From contig CM119371.1 of assembly GCA_051294905.1 (NCBI GenBank), positions 23,438,001 through 23,502,000 of the forward strand: a DNA stretch of 64,000 nt, given 5' to 3'. The notes under the pieces are model-generated. The model saw nothing but the letters and a program-made list of their open reading frames with translations. It was not told the DNA's origin and did no database searches. Below, piece by piece: positions 1 to 12,149 of the stretch; position 1 is the first letter of the stretch; each line of letters begins with the position of its first letter. This DNA comes from Botryllus schlosseri. Lineage: Eukaryota. A program made the position numbers and the translations under genes.

Positions 1-27
1 CTAATCCATGTCGTTTGATATTTGACA
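1..27 (+). CDS. NLR gene: probable 3' end of an upstream exon (..NPCRLIFD); gene begins before the window
   Basis: Open frame ending in a phase-1 GTGAGT donor at 28, compatible with the acceptor at 113. Confidence 0.4.
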
Positions 28-113
28 GTGAGTCTATTTACTCATTCATATTAGCTGACCACTGCTCTCATCGCATCCACCACACCAACTTACGATTTTT
101 TTTCACTTTTTAG

Positions 114-188
114 ACAAGCAAAATATGATACATACTGGAAGAAGACGAATAAGAGAACCGACAGATTGTGTAACAACGCATGGTACAG
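114..188 (+). CDS. NLR gene: 75-nt phase 1-1 linker exon (KQNMIHTGRRRIREPTDCVTTHGT)
   Basis: Polypyrimidine-TAG acceptor, GTAATA donor, open frame in phase with downstream exons. Confidence 0.5.
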
Positions 189-3100
189 GTAATACATTCC
201 TAAATTACTCCCCCTCCAGTCAACTGGATTATCACACATATGACTTGATACATTCGTAAACTCTATATGATTTGAGTGTACTGTACGCAGGGAAAGGTTG
301 CAGTAATACTTGTACGTCGTAATAGCAAATTATTGAACATTCAGTAAATTGGATATTACACTCGGAGGTGGTGATTACCTCTTCTTTACTCTTTATTTTT
401 ACTGACTGGTTTTACACCTTGTTGTACAGTAACGAAATAATAACCAAAATTGCTTATAGTAGTAGTGTTATCATTCATATTAGTTTGTTGTAAAGAAGCG
501 TCCACCGCAGTTTTAAAAGCATCCTATACACTGTAAAAAATCTGGTAGATTTACTGGGAATTCTCTGCAAATTTTACAACGAATTACCGGTCGCAGCCAA
601 TAACTGTGCGTAGCTTTTAATTTTACATTTTGATATGTAATATTACCTTAGTTTAGCTGTGAAGTCAAGTTACCAGAATTTCTTCGCAAAATTACTGACA
701 GTTACTCGTAACTGCAGTTTACCTGACTATTGGGAAGATGGATTAGCTTCACAATCGCTGCAGCCAATATATACGTGGAACTGAATGTTACTGATATATC
801 TATAGAAATTAAACATGGAACCATAGTGTCATATATGGTGTCGACACAGCCAAATCTCACAGTTCAGTGAAATTGTAACACGTGACAATTTCCATTTGGC
901 TACAGGCAATTTGACAGCCATTTTTGACCGGCTTGCCAAGCATTAAATTTGGTAAAACGGGTATCAATCGAAAGCTGGCTCTGCACTGATTACGAAAATA
1001 TAAATTTTATTCCGCTCGTGGCCCTGGAACTCCCACAATCAGCCTCGAATTTTTCATTGTTATGAAGATTTGCATTGGGACGCAACAATGCTGAACAATG
1101 CTGTCTTGCTCTTTTTCTCTTGAGCTACTCTCTCGTTTCGCCAGACAGCATTGTTGCGTTCCAAGGGATGAGTCGCGAAGGGAATAATTCTGGAGCGAGA
1201 CGGCACCAGAGCAATCTTTTACTGTATATCTAATATTTGGTGAATTTGTTGCAATCATTATTTTTTCGCGCCAGGCGCGATTTCATGTGGATAAAAGTCG
1301 TTACCATACGATATGGCTTGATCATGAAAATGTGCCGCATTGCCGCAAGTTGGTTTGGATTCGTGATAAGATTTGTCCAACATTCTTTTCTTTAAAAAAC
1401 ACCGTCGGGGACCGTTACGATTCTTTGGTGTGCCGGTGTGCAACAAGCGGGTGCGGGAATATGATAGATTGGTATTTCGATGCCAACCCCTTCCGCCCCG
1501 GACACACGAGAACGCGAAGTTTTGGTCAGCATACCGATGGGATAAGTGCAGTGCCAAAAAGTTTGGAAGCAAAAAAATCCGTCATTAGTTGGTCAAAACC
1601 TTCTATATTGTATGTCCGGTAGTACCTATGTCCGGCAACAAATAGCCACGTCCTTGCAATCTGAGTAGACAGTAGTACAAATGCGAACCTAGTGGAAAAA
1701 AGATGTACTCCAATTTGGAATCGCGTGCACATGACATGATTCAAACGACTGCGTTGAGAACAACTGCTATCTGTGTGTTCTATGCCTGTAAAACGTTGCA
1801 TGTTAATATTAAAATTATTTGGGTCGCGGTCTGAAATGTTTAAGAACCACTGTTTGGCGGTTATTGAACTGCTATGAGCTTCCATTTCAACAATTTTCGG
1901 TTGGCGTGTGCGGATGGGTGCTCAAAAAGGTTAATAAGCATTGGTAGAGGTTATGTTAGTTCGTCCAGTGCTCCTAAATTAGGGTTACCATATTTTTGTT
2001 GAACAATTTTCGCACGCTCTTTATCGCCCACCATCGGATTTCAAAATGAGGTCTGAGCACATGTACCTTGTCAATTTCAAGAATTATTTGATCGAAAGCT
2101 TGCGCATAATATTCAGCTTTCTGTTTGCAAATATTTCGCGACTCTCTGCGGTCAGCTTTACCCGCAATCAGACGATAGCAGGAACGAAACAAGCTAAATG
2201 TGGGAAGTCAGCGAATTGTGCTTAGTCAACCAATCGATTATTTACATCAACTAAATTGATATAAAGATAGCATCGATGTCTAAGATAAAAAATTTATCGG
2301 GCTTACAGGATCTATCTAGATTTTATAACAGTATTGTATTATAAAAACCAAATCCGTTGGACTGGGGTGTTGCCTGCTGTATAACTTGTTTTTGAGATAA
2401 CACCTGGCGCAAGTATCGATACTGGTGTTATACTTTTGTGAATGCAACTGTCTGGTCTAGCCGACTCCTCGTCGAAATTGTCGGCAAAGCCACGGAGGAT
2501 ATTGATTGTGTGGAATTATTATAGCATTTGATTGTTCCAGTTGATACATTTGGTGACGTTTGAAATGTCACCATGTAGCCTTCTTCAGCATTGTGTCATA
2601 ATGTAGTATGAGTCGTCTCTATAGTTATCATGTATACGTTAAAATATATATTTACTGAATATTAGAACTGGAAATAGCAATATGACGTCGCGTGACGTCA
2701 TAAGTTCAAACATGTTCGCGTTCACACGAATCAGAACCTTTCTGGGGTTCGCACCACCCCTAGTCTACACCCGGACTAATACCTAGCGCACCGCGTTGCA
2801 CAAGCACAGCTTTCCAGCGTCCAGTCCGGACCCATCTGTTTCATGTCTGGCTTATCCATTATTATCATAGATTTGCAAAAACAATGTGAAAATTTTTAAT
2901 ATTTATCACCTGCTGAACAAAACAGTGCCATAAATTTTCACAACTGCCGTCGACTCGAGTTCTTAGACTTGACGACGAAATGAAGGAATGTAACCTCGTT
3001 TTGATCTTATATACGTTCGTACCTCCAATCATATGCATCGCATTTACATGCGAAAATTATTCGTCTTATAGTAGAGTCATTGTCCTGCTCAATGCATAGT

Positions 3101-3333
3101 TATCGCCTCGCCAATATGTATATTTTCTAAAATATGCCCATTTTTGATTACTGTTCTGTTCATAATAAAATGTCAAAACATGACATCGCGCGAAGTGCGC
3201 ATGAAAATTTCGAGTTTAATAAACCTCCTAAACGACGAAAAAAAGAAAATTCTGGGATCCCTTGGAGCTCCCCACATTGGGGTGTTTAGGATACGGCAGT
3301 TACGGTTCTGATACTCATATCGCGAAACACAAT

Positions 3334-3497
3334 GAGAGAGAGAAGGGGGGGATTCATTGAGATGCTTTTGACGACGGAGATGCGATACGAACGTTAGGTA
3401 ATCCAGTCAACATCCACGTTTGTTCTCCTCCTGCCGGGGATCGAACCACGGCGTACCAATCAAGTAGCCGGGCGCACACCATTACCGTATCTCGCTC
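3334..3497 (-). mobile_element. tRNA-derived SINE
   Basis: Minus strand shows A-box-like TACGGTAATGG and B-box GGTTCGATCCC, with a (TC)n tail. Confidence 0.6.
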
Positions 3498-5815
3498 GGT
3501 GATATAATCTACGCATCCACGAACTCAGAAAGCTGCGCGTATGTCTGTACGGAAGTTGCGATGTCAGAACATTCAATACAATGATACAATCAATTCAAGC
3601 AACTCTTACGTTACGTCCAACGATTTCAAGGCCGGACATTTTAGATCGGCTCCAAAGATTGATGAGCAACGCTAAATCCGCAATCCATTACGTTTCGTTG
3701 TGGCGCATACTTTAAGAACCCCGGGCTTAACCATTGGAGAGATGTGTTTCACCTCGAATTATACCAAATACAAAAACAAAAGTGAACCTTACTGTAATTC
3801 AGCAGATCGGGAATCCATAAAAATATTATCCTATTGGGTTTACTTGTAATGGCCAGTAATGTCGAAGCAACATTTGATTGATTTATAAAATAGTGGACCA
3901 CATTGCCATCACAATTGAAAAGTGGAAAATGGTAATGAGTTCACGAGATCGCAATCAACTATACTCATGATGTCAAAAGGTGACTTAAGTCAAGTCGAAA
4001 AACGTTCCATAGAAATTGAATCGAATCCAGTTGAGTCATGATAAAATTTATAATCGAGGCATTGCAAATATGGTATACGCCTCGCTTGTTATTGTCCCGA
4101 TGTTTTCAAATGCCTTACCTAGGATCATTGAGATTCATTGTTTCCTTAGTATTACGATTTTATCCCGATAATAAAACTTCCAATTCAGTATTTACAGAGA
4201 TCAATAATACTCACAATTAGCCATTCATTTGTTTACAGCTCACTTGTGGTTGGTTCATAAAACGGATGTTTTGAATGGATACAGTTAATGAAATGGATTA
4301 TTTCGTTATCCCTTTATATGAAGTGTTATCAAATCAGAAACTGTACATCATATTGATTGATATTTATTTAACAATTACATTGCAGCAGGGCTTTGGAGCC
4401 GGAGCCCCGGAGCCGGGCATTTTTACCGGAGCTGGAGCCGGAGCCGGAGCTCTATATAAAATTCAGCTGGAGCCGGAGCTGGAGCCAGTTATTTGAGGGG
4501 TAGCTCCGGCTCCGACGTATTTCATATGATGCTATTATATATGCAACAACCATATCTGCCGAGTTCACATAATTCAACAGCAGGCATTTGCGAAATTAAG
4601 AATCTTTTCCTCCTTGCCGCTAGCTTATCCGACTAACCATGTTCCTGGGAATTTAACAGCAGAGCAGTCATATGTTCAATGTTCAATTTTCATACATAAA
4701 TGCCGAACCTCGGTATGCTAGATATGCCTATGAATATTATGGGTATTCGGCATACCCGCAATTTCATCATCAGCACAACCTTGTTGGCCAATTGTACGGT
4801 TCAAAAATAATGATCACTATGCATTATGCGAAATGGGAGAGAGGATAAAAACGTGATATCGTTGCACAATGCACATGTCGATATGACGAGCACGAGCCGA
4901 GAAATTCCATCTCATTGTTGCTATGAATCGGATGAGCAAATACTCGTTCTTTCGTGATAGTTCGTTAATAGGGCCGCGAAATTGGACAGTGTTAGTGAGT
5001 ATGCAATTATGCATGCGAATTGGAATTCCTTACTGCGCATGATCGTTATTCACTCCAGTAAGGATTTTCGAGCGCGAATAGGGGATGGGAGAAGATTAAC
5101 CCAAAACGCGGTTACACTCAGCGAACAATTGTCGCGGTGCGAGCGACTCAATGCGAGCGACTCAATGCGATGTCAGTCAGGACCCCAGGGTGACAAATGT
5201 TGGAGACAAATTACTGATATGATACGCGATTTCCAGTTTGTAATCATCTGTTTCGTAAATTAATTCTTGATGTCTGCTTGATACTCTAGTATTTCCGGAT
5301 TATCGCTCGCTGTGACTTGTAAATGTGCATTGTCACAATGTGCAATGTGCAATGTGCATACTGCATATATTAATTCGTTATGGGCATGACGCAATGTGCA
5401 TGGCACAGTGTTTAATTCGATTATTCGATTCGTTTCAATGGGAAAATATTATATTCCGATAAACTTGATCGACACCGGATGGACTGGTAACGAGTGCACC
5501 AATATCGAAAGTCAAACCATTGGCCATTTGGTACAAATCGAATTTTTATTGATGTGGTCGTGATCTCCGCCCATATTGCTCTTACTACAGTTACAGTTGA
5601 ATAATAATCGCTTATTTAAAGATTGAATTGAGCTGGATGGCTTAATGTTAATGAGTACAGTGCCAGTGTTAAAACGCCGCATCAGAATTTTCATACCGTA
5701 CACAGCAATGGCATGAAGTAAAGTGCGTTCTGGTGCAACTATGATGTTAGCGACAATTGACAAGTATTCATTATGACGTCACAAGCCGACACGGCGGCAC
5801 CTTGAACCTCTATGT

Positions 5816-7560
5816 CAGGGGTTCTCAACCCGCGGCCTGCGGGCCGCATGCGGCCCGCAGAGGTATATTTTGCGGCCCGCGGCCTCTTTCATTACGAACG
5901 CAATTACTGCTGGTCCAGCATTGTTGCATATTAATTTAGCTACTTAGCTCTCTTATCGCACCGTCGCTGTTTCGTTTGATTACCCATTCTTTGACGTGTT
6001 CTGGTCTCTTGATATGTTCTCGAGTTCTCGAGATTGTTATTGTTCTGAATCAGTATTGGTATGAGCCTTCTTTAATTTTTCACTAGTGTGCGTGCACTCA
6101 CCAACTCGCCGCGCGCTCCCTTGGACGGCGGTGCGTGACGACTGGGAGAGGGATCGTCGCTTCGGCTTTTTTTTTGTGCGCGGCACGGATTTTCTGCGCG
6201 TGGCGACTTTGTCAGCAGTGTGCGGCCGCGCACGCGCGCATCTTGAATTTGGTGAATTTGTTTTCTCATATATAAATAGAAAACCTATATTTGTCATATT
6301 TGTCGAAGAGCAGTTGTCGTAACGAAGCGTAGAAGATTAAAACGATACCACTAAAGTTCATTCTAGGTTACATATCACCTGATCTTAGAAAAAACGTTAC
6401 TACCTCGGCGTCAAGCGCAGTAATCCGTAGTTCGGAAATTATTAAAATTGCCGACGACGTTACAGACGCTTTGGAATATCGCTAAACCCAAGAAATCTGC
6501 TAGAGAAGCTGTGATTTCACTAATACTTTAACATACTGTGCGAATATTTGCTGTTTCCGGGACTTTAGCAGCAATGTTCCCTCCAAGCTGGACACGTGCG
6601 CAAATGCGCAGTGCTGACACGATCTGTGCGCGCGGAGGATCTAAGTTGCGCACAGGAATCCGAGGTGGTGGCCTTTTTTGTAGTCGCAGTTGTCCGGGGG
6701 TCTGCGCGGTGGGTTGGTGAGTGTGCGCAGACTCGTCAAAAGTAGAGGGAACACTGCTTAGCAGCAAGGACAACATTACCCGACAAATTTTGAAGCTCAA
6801 GTTGTCCGATTCAACCGTGACCGGAAAAGTAGCCCGTCGACATTTTATCGCATGTTCTGAAACACGTTGCCGCGTATACTACTTTAGCCTAGCATTGGAC
6901 GAATCCACCGACTTCGCAGACATTGCATAGCTAATTTTCTTGATGCATTTTATCAGGGTGGACATATTTTCAGAACGAATGCTGGCATGGCAAACGTTGG
7001 GAGGTGGCCAGCGAAAAACATCAACTTGACAAAGTTTACTCATGTTACTATTGGTGGAGGGCTTCAGCCATGGAAGGAAAGGGCATGGGTTGATTGGTTT
7101 GCTCTGAAATTACCCCGAAACGCCAGAGTTCTTCTCATTTCACAGAGAGCTCAAAGTGATAATGGCCTCTGTTATAACAAAAAAGTGCCCGTGTTGTGAC
7201 GCACAAGGCCTAAACGGCGATAAGCGTCACAGTAATACCACGTGTAATATTAATAATAAGGTACATACCGACTTGGAAATGAATGCAATGCACGCTCCAT
7301 GAATTGATTTACTTGCGACGCCGGAAGAGACATATTCTCACAAAAACAGCGATTGAAAACTTACGATCGCTCTCCAAGTGACCATTAATGCTTTGAAATG
7401 CATGAAAATGGACTAGACGCCCGTATACGACTAATAGATAGGCTCCAGTAGCCTAAATTTGATAGAAGCCCACAAATGTATGGTAATAATGTATTGCGGC
7501 CCGCAGCGTCTTTTGCGGGCAAAATGCGGCCCGTTGTACATGCGAAGTTGAGAACCCCTG
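5816..7560 (+). mobile_element. hAT-Charlie deletion derivative with decayed transposase fragments
   Basis: TIR CAGGGGTTCTCAAC, perfect TSD CTCTATGT; remnant LKLSDSTV...FSLALDESTD typical of Charlie/GTF2IRD2-type transposases. Confidence 0.85.
6572..6756. mobile_element. hAT MITE (same family as 18484-18676)
   Basis: TIR CAATGTTCCCTC...GAGGGAACACTG; TSD TTTAGCAG/CTTAGCAG. Confidence 0.8.
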
Positions 7561-7659
7561 CTCTATGTCTTCGTTGCTGATCCGATGTTACTGACGGCTG
7601 ACAGACTCTAGATTACTATAGATAACTAACCTGCGGGTAAATTAGTAATCTATATAGAC

Positions 7660-8356
7660 CAGGGGTGGCCAACCTTTTCGGCTAAAGGGCCACGTGAAAT
7701 TGACGAACGAGTGCGCTACCCACTAGGCGCGCCAGGCGCGTAAAATTTTCAAAGTTAATAATATTTTCACTTGGGTATATTGCGGGTCAACTGTATACCG
7801 CCCGCTGGGCTCAGTTTGCAAGGACAGGACTATTCGGCATCTGGACATATCGATATCGAAGATTTCCGCTAATATACGACAATCATTTTGTGCCTACATT
7901 TCATCGTCGACGATGTTTCTGCGAGCGCAAACGCGAAAAGACTTTCTCTCGTAATTGCGAATATAGTTAGACTCAATCGGCTAAATCAGGCGTTTTTTTA
8001 ATTTTCAGGAGGGGGTAGGCTACAAAGCAAGAAATCGTGTGACAATTAAAACGCGAAGCGTGAAGAAAAATTTTACTACTCTTCTAGTTTATTGTAATGT
8101 ACGACAATTTACTTGAAATGTGACTTGACCCTGGATCTGCCAATGCGTCAGAACTGATATTTTAGTCATCAACATTCCAAGTGTTGCGGTCAGACTAATC
8201 ATATTTCTGGTTTGCCTTGCAAGTTCACAGTCTGAGCAATTCAATTTCGATAATATAACAGGATTTCGATAATATAATGGGAAATTACCTCGCGGGCTTC
8301 TCAAAACCTTCTCGCAGGCCACATATGGCCCGGAGACCGCGGGTTGCCCACCCCAG
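7660..8356. mobile_element. hAT MITE
   Basis: TIR CAGGGGTGGCCAACC...GGTTGCCCACCCCAG; TSD ATATAGAC/ATATACAC. Confidence 0.75.
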
Positions 8357-8776
8357 ATATACACAGGCACCTTCGATAGTTTACAGAGCCGGAGGCAGAG
8401 CTGGAGCCGGAGCAGTGGTAATAATGCGGATCCGGAGCTGGAGCCGGAGCTAGTGTATGATAGAAGAAAGCTCCGGAGCCGGAGCTGGAGCAATTCAAAT
8501 TTACGGCTGCTCCAAAGCCCTGCATTGCAGAGACAATACTGACTCAAATTATCAAGAATGACATGAGTGAATGATCCCGAACTAAAATCCAGGCTATAGG
8601 CTATATTTTTCTTGTCGCAACCCCATCTATATCATTCAGGGAAATTGGTATTCCTTTTGTATACATGGATGAATGTGTATTTATGCCTGTATAATGGTAA
8701 AAAGTACGCCATGCCACCGTACAATTAATGGAGTAACTGTGAGTAACCTGGAAATAAACTGCAATACTTTACACAG

Positions 8777-8851
8777 AAAACAACCACCAATCGCGATCTC
8801 CAGGAAGTGCAGCAAAAGTGTTCAAGAAAGATCCTCAAAAACTAAAATATG
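8777..8851 (+). CDS. NLR gene: 75-nt phase 1-1 linker exon (NNHQSRSPGSAAKVFKKDPQKLKY)
   Basis: ACACAG acceptor, GTGAGG donor, open in the phase required by downstream exons. Confidence 0.55.
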
Positions 8852-9219
8852 GTGAGGAGCAATTATATTTATTTTATTAAATTGACGAGACTCTTGACAA
8901 TTCAACGAATACATAGGTTTACATTAGGGCTATTCAAAAATCAGTTTTTTTATTTCAAATTTTACTGGCTGCTTGATAAAATTGTTAGGTTTCCGAAAAA
9001 ACGGCTGCACACCAATTTTGACTCAACTCCAACCTATAGGTAGAAGCATTGATACATAAGAAAAAGTTTTGGACACATCTTTTTGACATTTTTGTCGTAA
9101 TGTTTCCATCATGTCATGTCACAAGGCACTTTAATTATTAAAAAATTGAAATAATATTTACTCTTTATCAAGCAATTATACTGCAATCTACAATCGTCTA
9201 ACGGCTTCAATTTTTATAG

Positions 9220-9261
9220 GCGGTCATGATATCAACGCATTTACCGGACATAACATTGCAA
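9220..9261 (+). CDS. NLR gene: 42-nt phase 1-1 exon (GGHDINAFTGHNIA)
   Basis: TTTTTATAG acceptor, GTGAGT donor, open frame. Confidence 0.65.
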
Positions 9262-9593
9262 GTGAGTAGTCGTTGTTGATTGTCATAAGCTAGTGCTGGT
9301 ATAAATAACGAGAATGACCAATGGTTTGCTGGTCGTCCTGGGCAGTCACTCTCATCCATAAATTGATGCTCGTTGTACATTCTTCATTCTTAGTAGAGTA
9401 GTAACTATCATTTTCATTTTCTATTGATATTCGATACTGGAAGATCTGCTGGATGGGTATAGATTTACGCTGTTTAATCTGCAATAGATTCAATCAGTTC
9501 AGACTTGGAAAATTCTCAAGTTCTCGTATTTCTCGGCACAGAACGAAATACCAATTGAAATCCACTGACACACACTGTTTTTTTTCAACATAG

Positions 9594-9692
9594 GACATGC
9601 AATATTGGCTGAAGGTGACAACGTCATTCAAGATTTCCAAAATGCTACCGTGAACGTTGTTGCAGGAGACCAGTACACAACGGTGATTAACG
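9594..9692 (+). CDS. NLR gene: 99-nt phase 1-1 exon with amyloid/RHIM-like motif (HAILAEGDNVIQDFQNATVNVVAGDQYTTVIN)
   Basis: T-rich tract plus CATAG acceptor, GTAAGC donor, open frame. Confidence 0.7.
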
Positions 9693-10508
9693 GTAAGCAG
9701 ATGTGGTCAGTAACGCGGAAATTATAGTTTTTACTAGAACACGAGTAGGTTTTGCCTCATTGCACTATACTTGCTAAGGTTATTATTATTAAAACCTGAG
9801 TTGCCAAACATACGGCCAGACGATTTCGTCCCGGCCTCCAGACGATTTCATCCACCCCGTGAAGCCATTCTGAGCAAATGGAAAAATAAAGGTATTATCC
9901 AGCACCTTACCAACAAAAGTTGACTCTTTTAATAAGAATAAAGTTTCTGGTAAATATAATCCCGCATGACCAGGGGCGGGCAACATACGGCCCGCGGTTA
10001 TTTCGAATTCTATCACCCAGGATACTGTTTTAGCAGTTTATAACTGAGTCAAATCGGTCAATAATGGTAATTTTGGCAATTGCGTTTGCGAATAAACGTG
10101 TTACTAGAATAGAGCCCCTATGATCCCTAATATAATGCATCTGACTAATAACAAATCCTGAGAACGATCATTTCAATTCAAGTTGAAATTGAGACAGTGT
10201 GTTCAGGGTTTGCGGGGTAATTTTTGCTTACGCTTCGCAAGGAGTTTGCAACAAATGTCCGACACATAACAGCCCAATAAGAACGGGACAATCACCCTAC
10301 TCATCGGCAATGCCACGAATGCTGGTTCGAGTGTAGTGGTCTCATCTGCTTATTTTATCAGCTACGAAGTAGTGTCGCATATGCTTGACTGCGTGCCTTG
10401 ATTTAAATATTTATGATGTTATTTTCAAAATTACAACAAATATTCCCAACCCACCTGACAATTTGTGGAGGCATGCTGATGTGCCGCGTCACACAGTCTC
10501 CGAATCAC

Positions 10509-11060
10509 AAGGGTCGTAATGACTCGAGTCCGACTCGAGTCGCGAGTTTCTGACGACTCGACTTGACTCGAGTCATTTTCGCAAAATTGGGAAATGACCA
10601 GACTCGACTTGGAAACGAGTCATTGTGCATGACTCGAACCAAGTCATATGAGTCGAGACTCAGACGGCCAAGACCGACATTTCATTATTATTTCGAAGAA
10701 TAGTAAAGTACCCACACTATTAGGATTTCGTCTATTGGTACTGGTGCTTTAAATTACGACCAGAAACTGCTAAAAGTGAGGAAAATGAGTATATTATGAA
10801 TGTGAACCATTCGATATCACCAAACAGCGTATCACTAAGTGGGTTAACAAGACTTTAACTGAAAAATGAGTAGTCGTCACAATGACTTGGACTCGGACTC
10901 GAGTCATGATACCATGACTCGGACTCGACCCGCTGATCGTTGACTTGGACGCGGACTTGATTCGCTGCTGAATTGAAAATGACTCGACTTGACTCCAGTC
11001 AAAACTATAAAAGTGAGATTGACTTGTGACTCGGAGCCTTGTGACTTGGTTTCAACCCTG
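10509..11060. mobile_element. hAT-like MITE rich in GACTCGAGTC palindromes (same family at 43557-44096 and 52057-52601)
   Basis: Ends AGGGTCGTAA...TTTCAACCCTG, degenerate TSD CGAATCAC/AGAATCAG; colinear with 52057-52601. Confidence 0.75.
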
Positions 11061-11139
11061 AGAATCAGTGAAGTAGACTATAAAATGCAACACACGATAT
11101 GACCTGTATTACACATAAACACAGTCATATTTATTGCAG

Positions 11140-11208
11140 AGACCAATGTGGTTAATCCGTTTGGCAATTCGGAAAGTAAATTGGATGCGCAGACGCACTT
11201 AGGAGAAG
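11140..11208 (+). CDS. NLR gene: 69-nt phase 1-1 exon (TNVVNPFGNSESKLDAQTHLGE)
   Basis: TTATTGCAG acceptor, GTAAGT donor; splices in frame to the NACHT exon. Confidence 0.7.
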
Positions 11209-12149
11209 GTAAGTTAATATAAAACACCTGAATGGTTGATTAAGACTACATGATGGTTTAAGGGACAAATATACTACTTATAGAAAGTAAGCGTTTACCA
11301 ATATATGGGCATTACAAGCAAAAGGAAACGGCATGTCGTTCAAAAAGGTGGTCAGTGATGAAGTAGGCCTACTCCTAATTAAAGCTTATTCTACCTAATT
11401 CCACTACTTTCTAGACCGGTAATATCTTACACTGCTTCTACTTGAAAGAATTTAGTTTTCTATGCAAAATCAAGCCGAAAATGCTCAATTTTTTACATAT
11501 TCGTGAATCCCAACTTCTACTTCCTCATGAGTAGCAACTACACGCTACTAACAAAAATGACTATTTTGACCACTCTGGTCCAGCTCATCAATTTTATCCT
11601 TCAGTGACTTCCCACTTACTTCCAGACACGGGAGGTGTATCTCTATTGGCTACGGCTTAATCAAGGAACAGGGCATATCCAAGTAGCTTTGAACCCAAAT
11701 ATAGCTTTGCCACACCGACTTCACCTACGATCTCAACCATGTAGTCGACATTCCTTGTCATCAAGTAAAAAGGTCACAAGTAACTCGACGCGATGTACCC
11801 AAAGCCAATTATAGCCTACTCGACTCGGAGTCGAATTAGTTAACTCATTGAATTCACTTACTCACGAACTTCGAGTATCTTAGTATTTCGATTATACAAT
11901 AAAAGGATGTCAATACCCTATCGGCGAAATAACTATCTGGGTGCATGCTTTTTTTTCTTCTGAGGTGATGTCGAAGGCCATCATATTGATGCACGCGTTG
12001 CGAAGATGTAATACCTGAACGACCGCATACAATACCTTATACTTTTTAATGTCAATGGCTACTAAAAAGATCATAGTTGTGTTTTCAATATGGCACATAA
12101 GTAAATACATCGAATCTGCACGATCAGCTCATTTCCGACTATTTTTTAG

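Larger units (their letters stand above)
4386..8522. mobile_element. Non-autonomous hAT element with (GGAGCC)n subterminal repeats; contains nested elements
   Basis: TIR CAGGGCTTTGGAGC...GCTCCAAAGCCCTG; perfect 8-bp TSD CATTGCAG. Confidence 0.85.

Noticed and set aside
529..900. CACTGTAAAAAA, a CACTA-like left end
   Set aside because: No matching right TIR or TSD found, so boundaries cannot be supported
4275..4496. ORF with GAGAGA/EPELEP repeats (also the 8089-8547 ORFs)
   Set aside because: Translation of the (GGAGCC)n subterminal repeats of the hAT element
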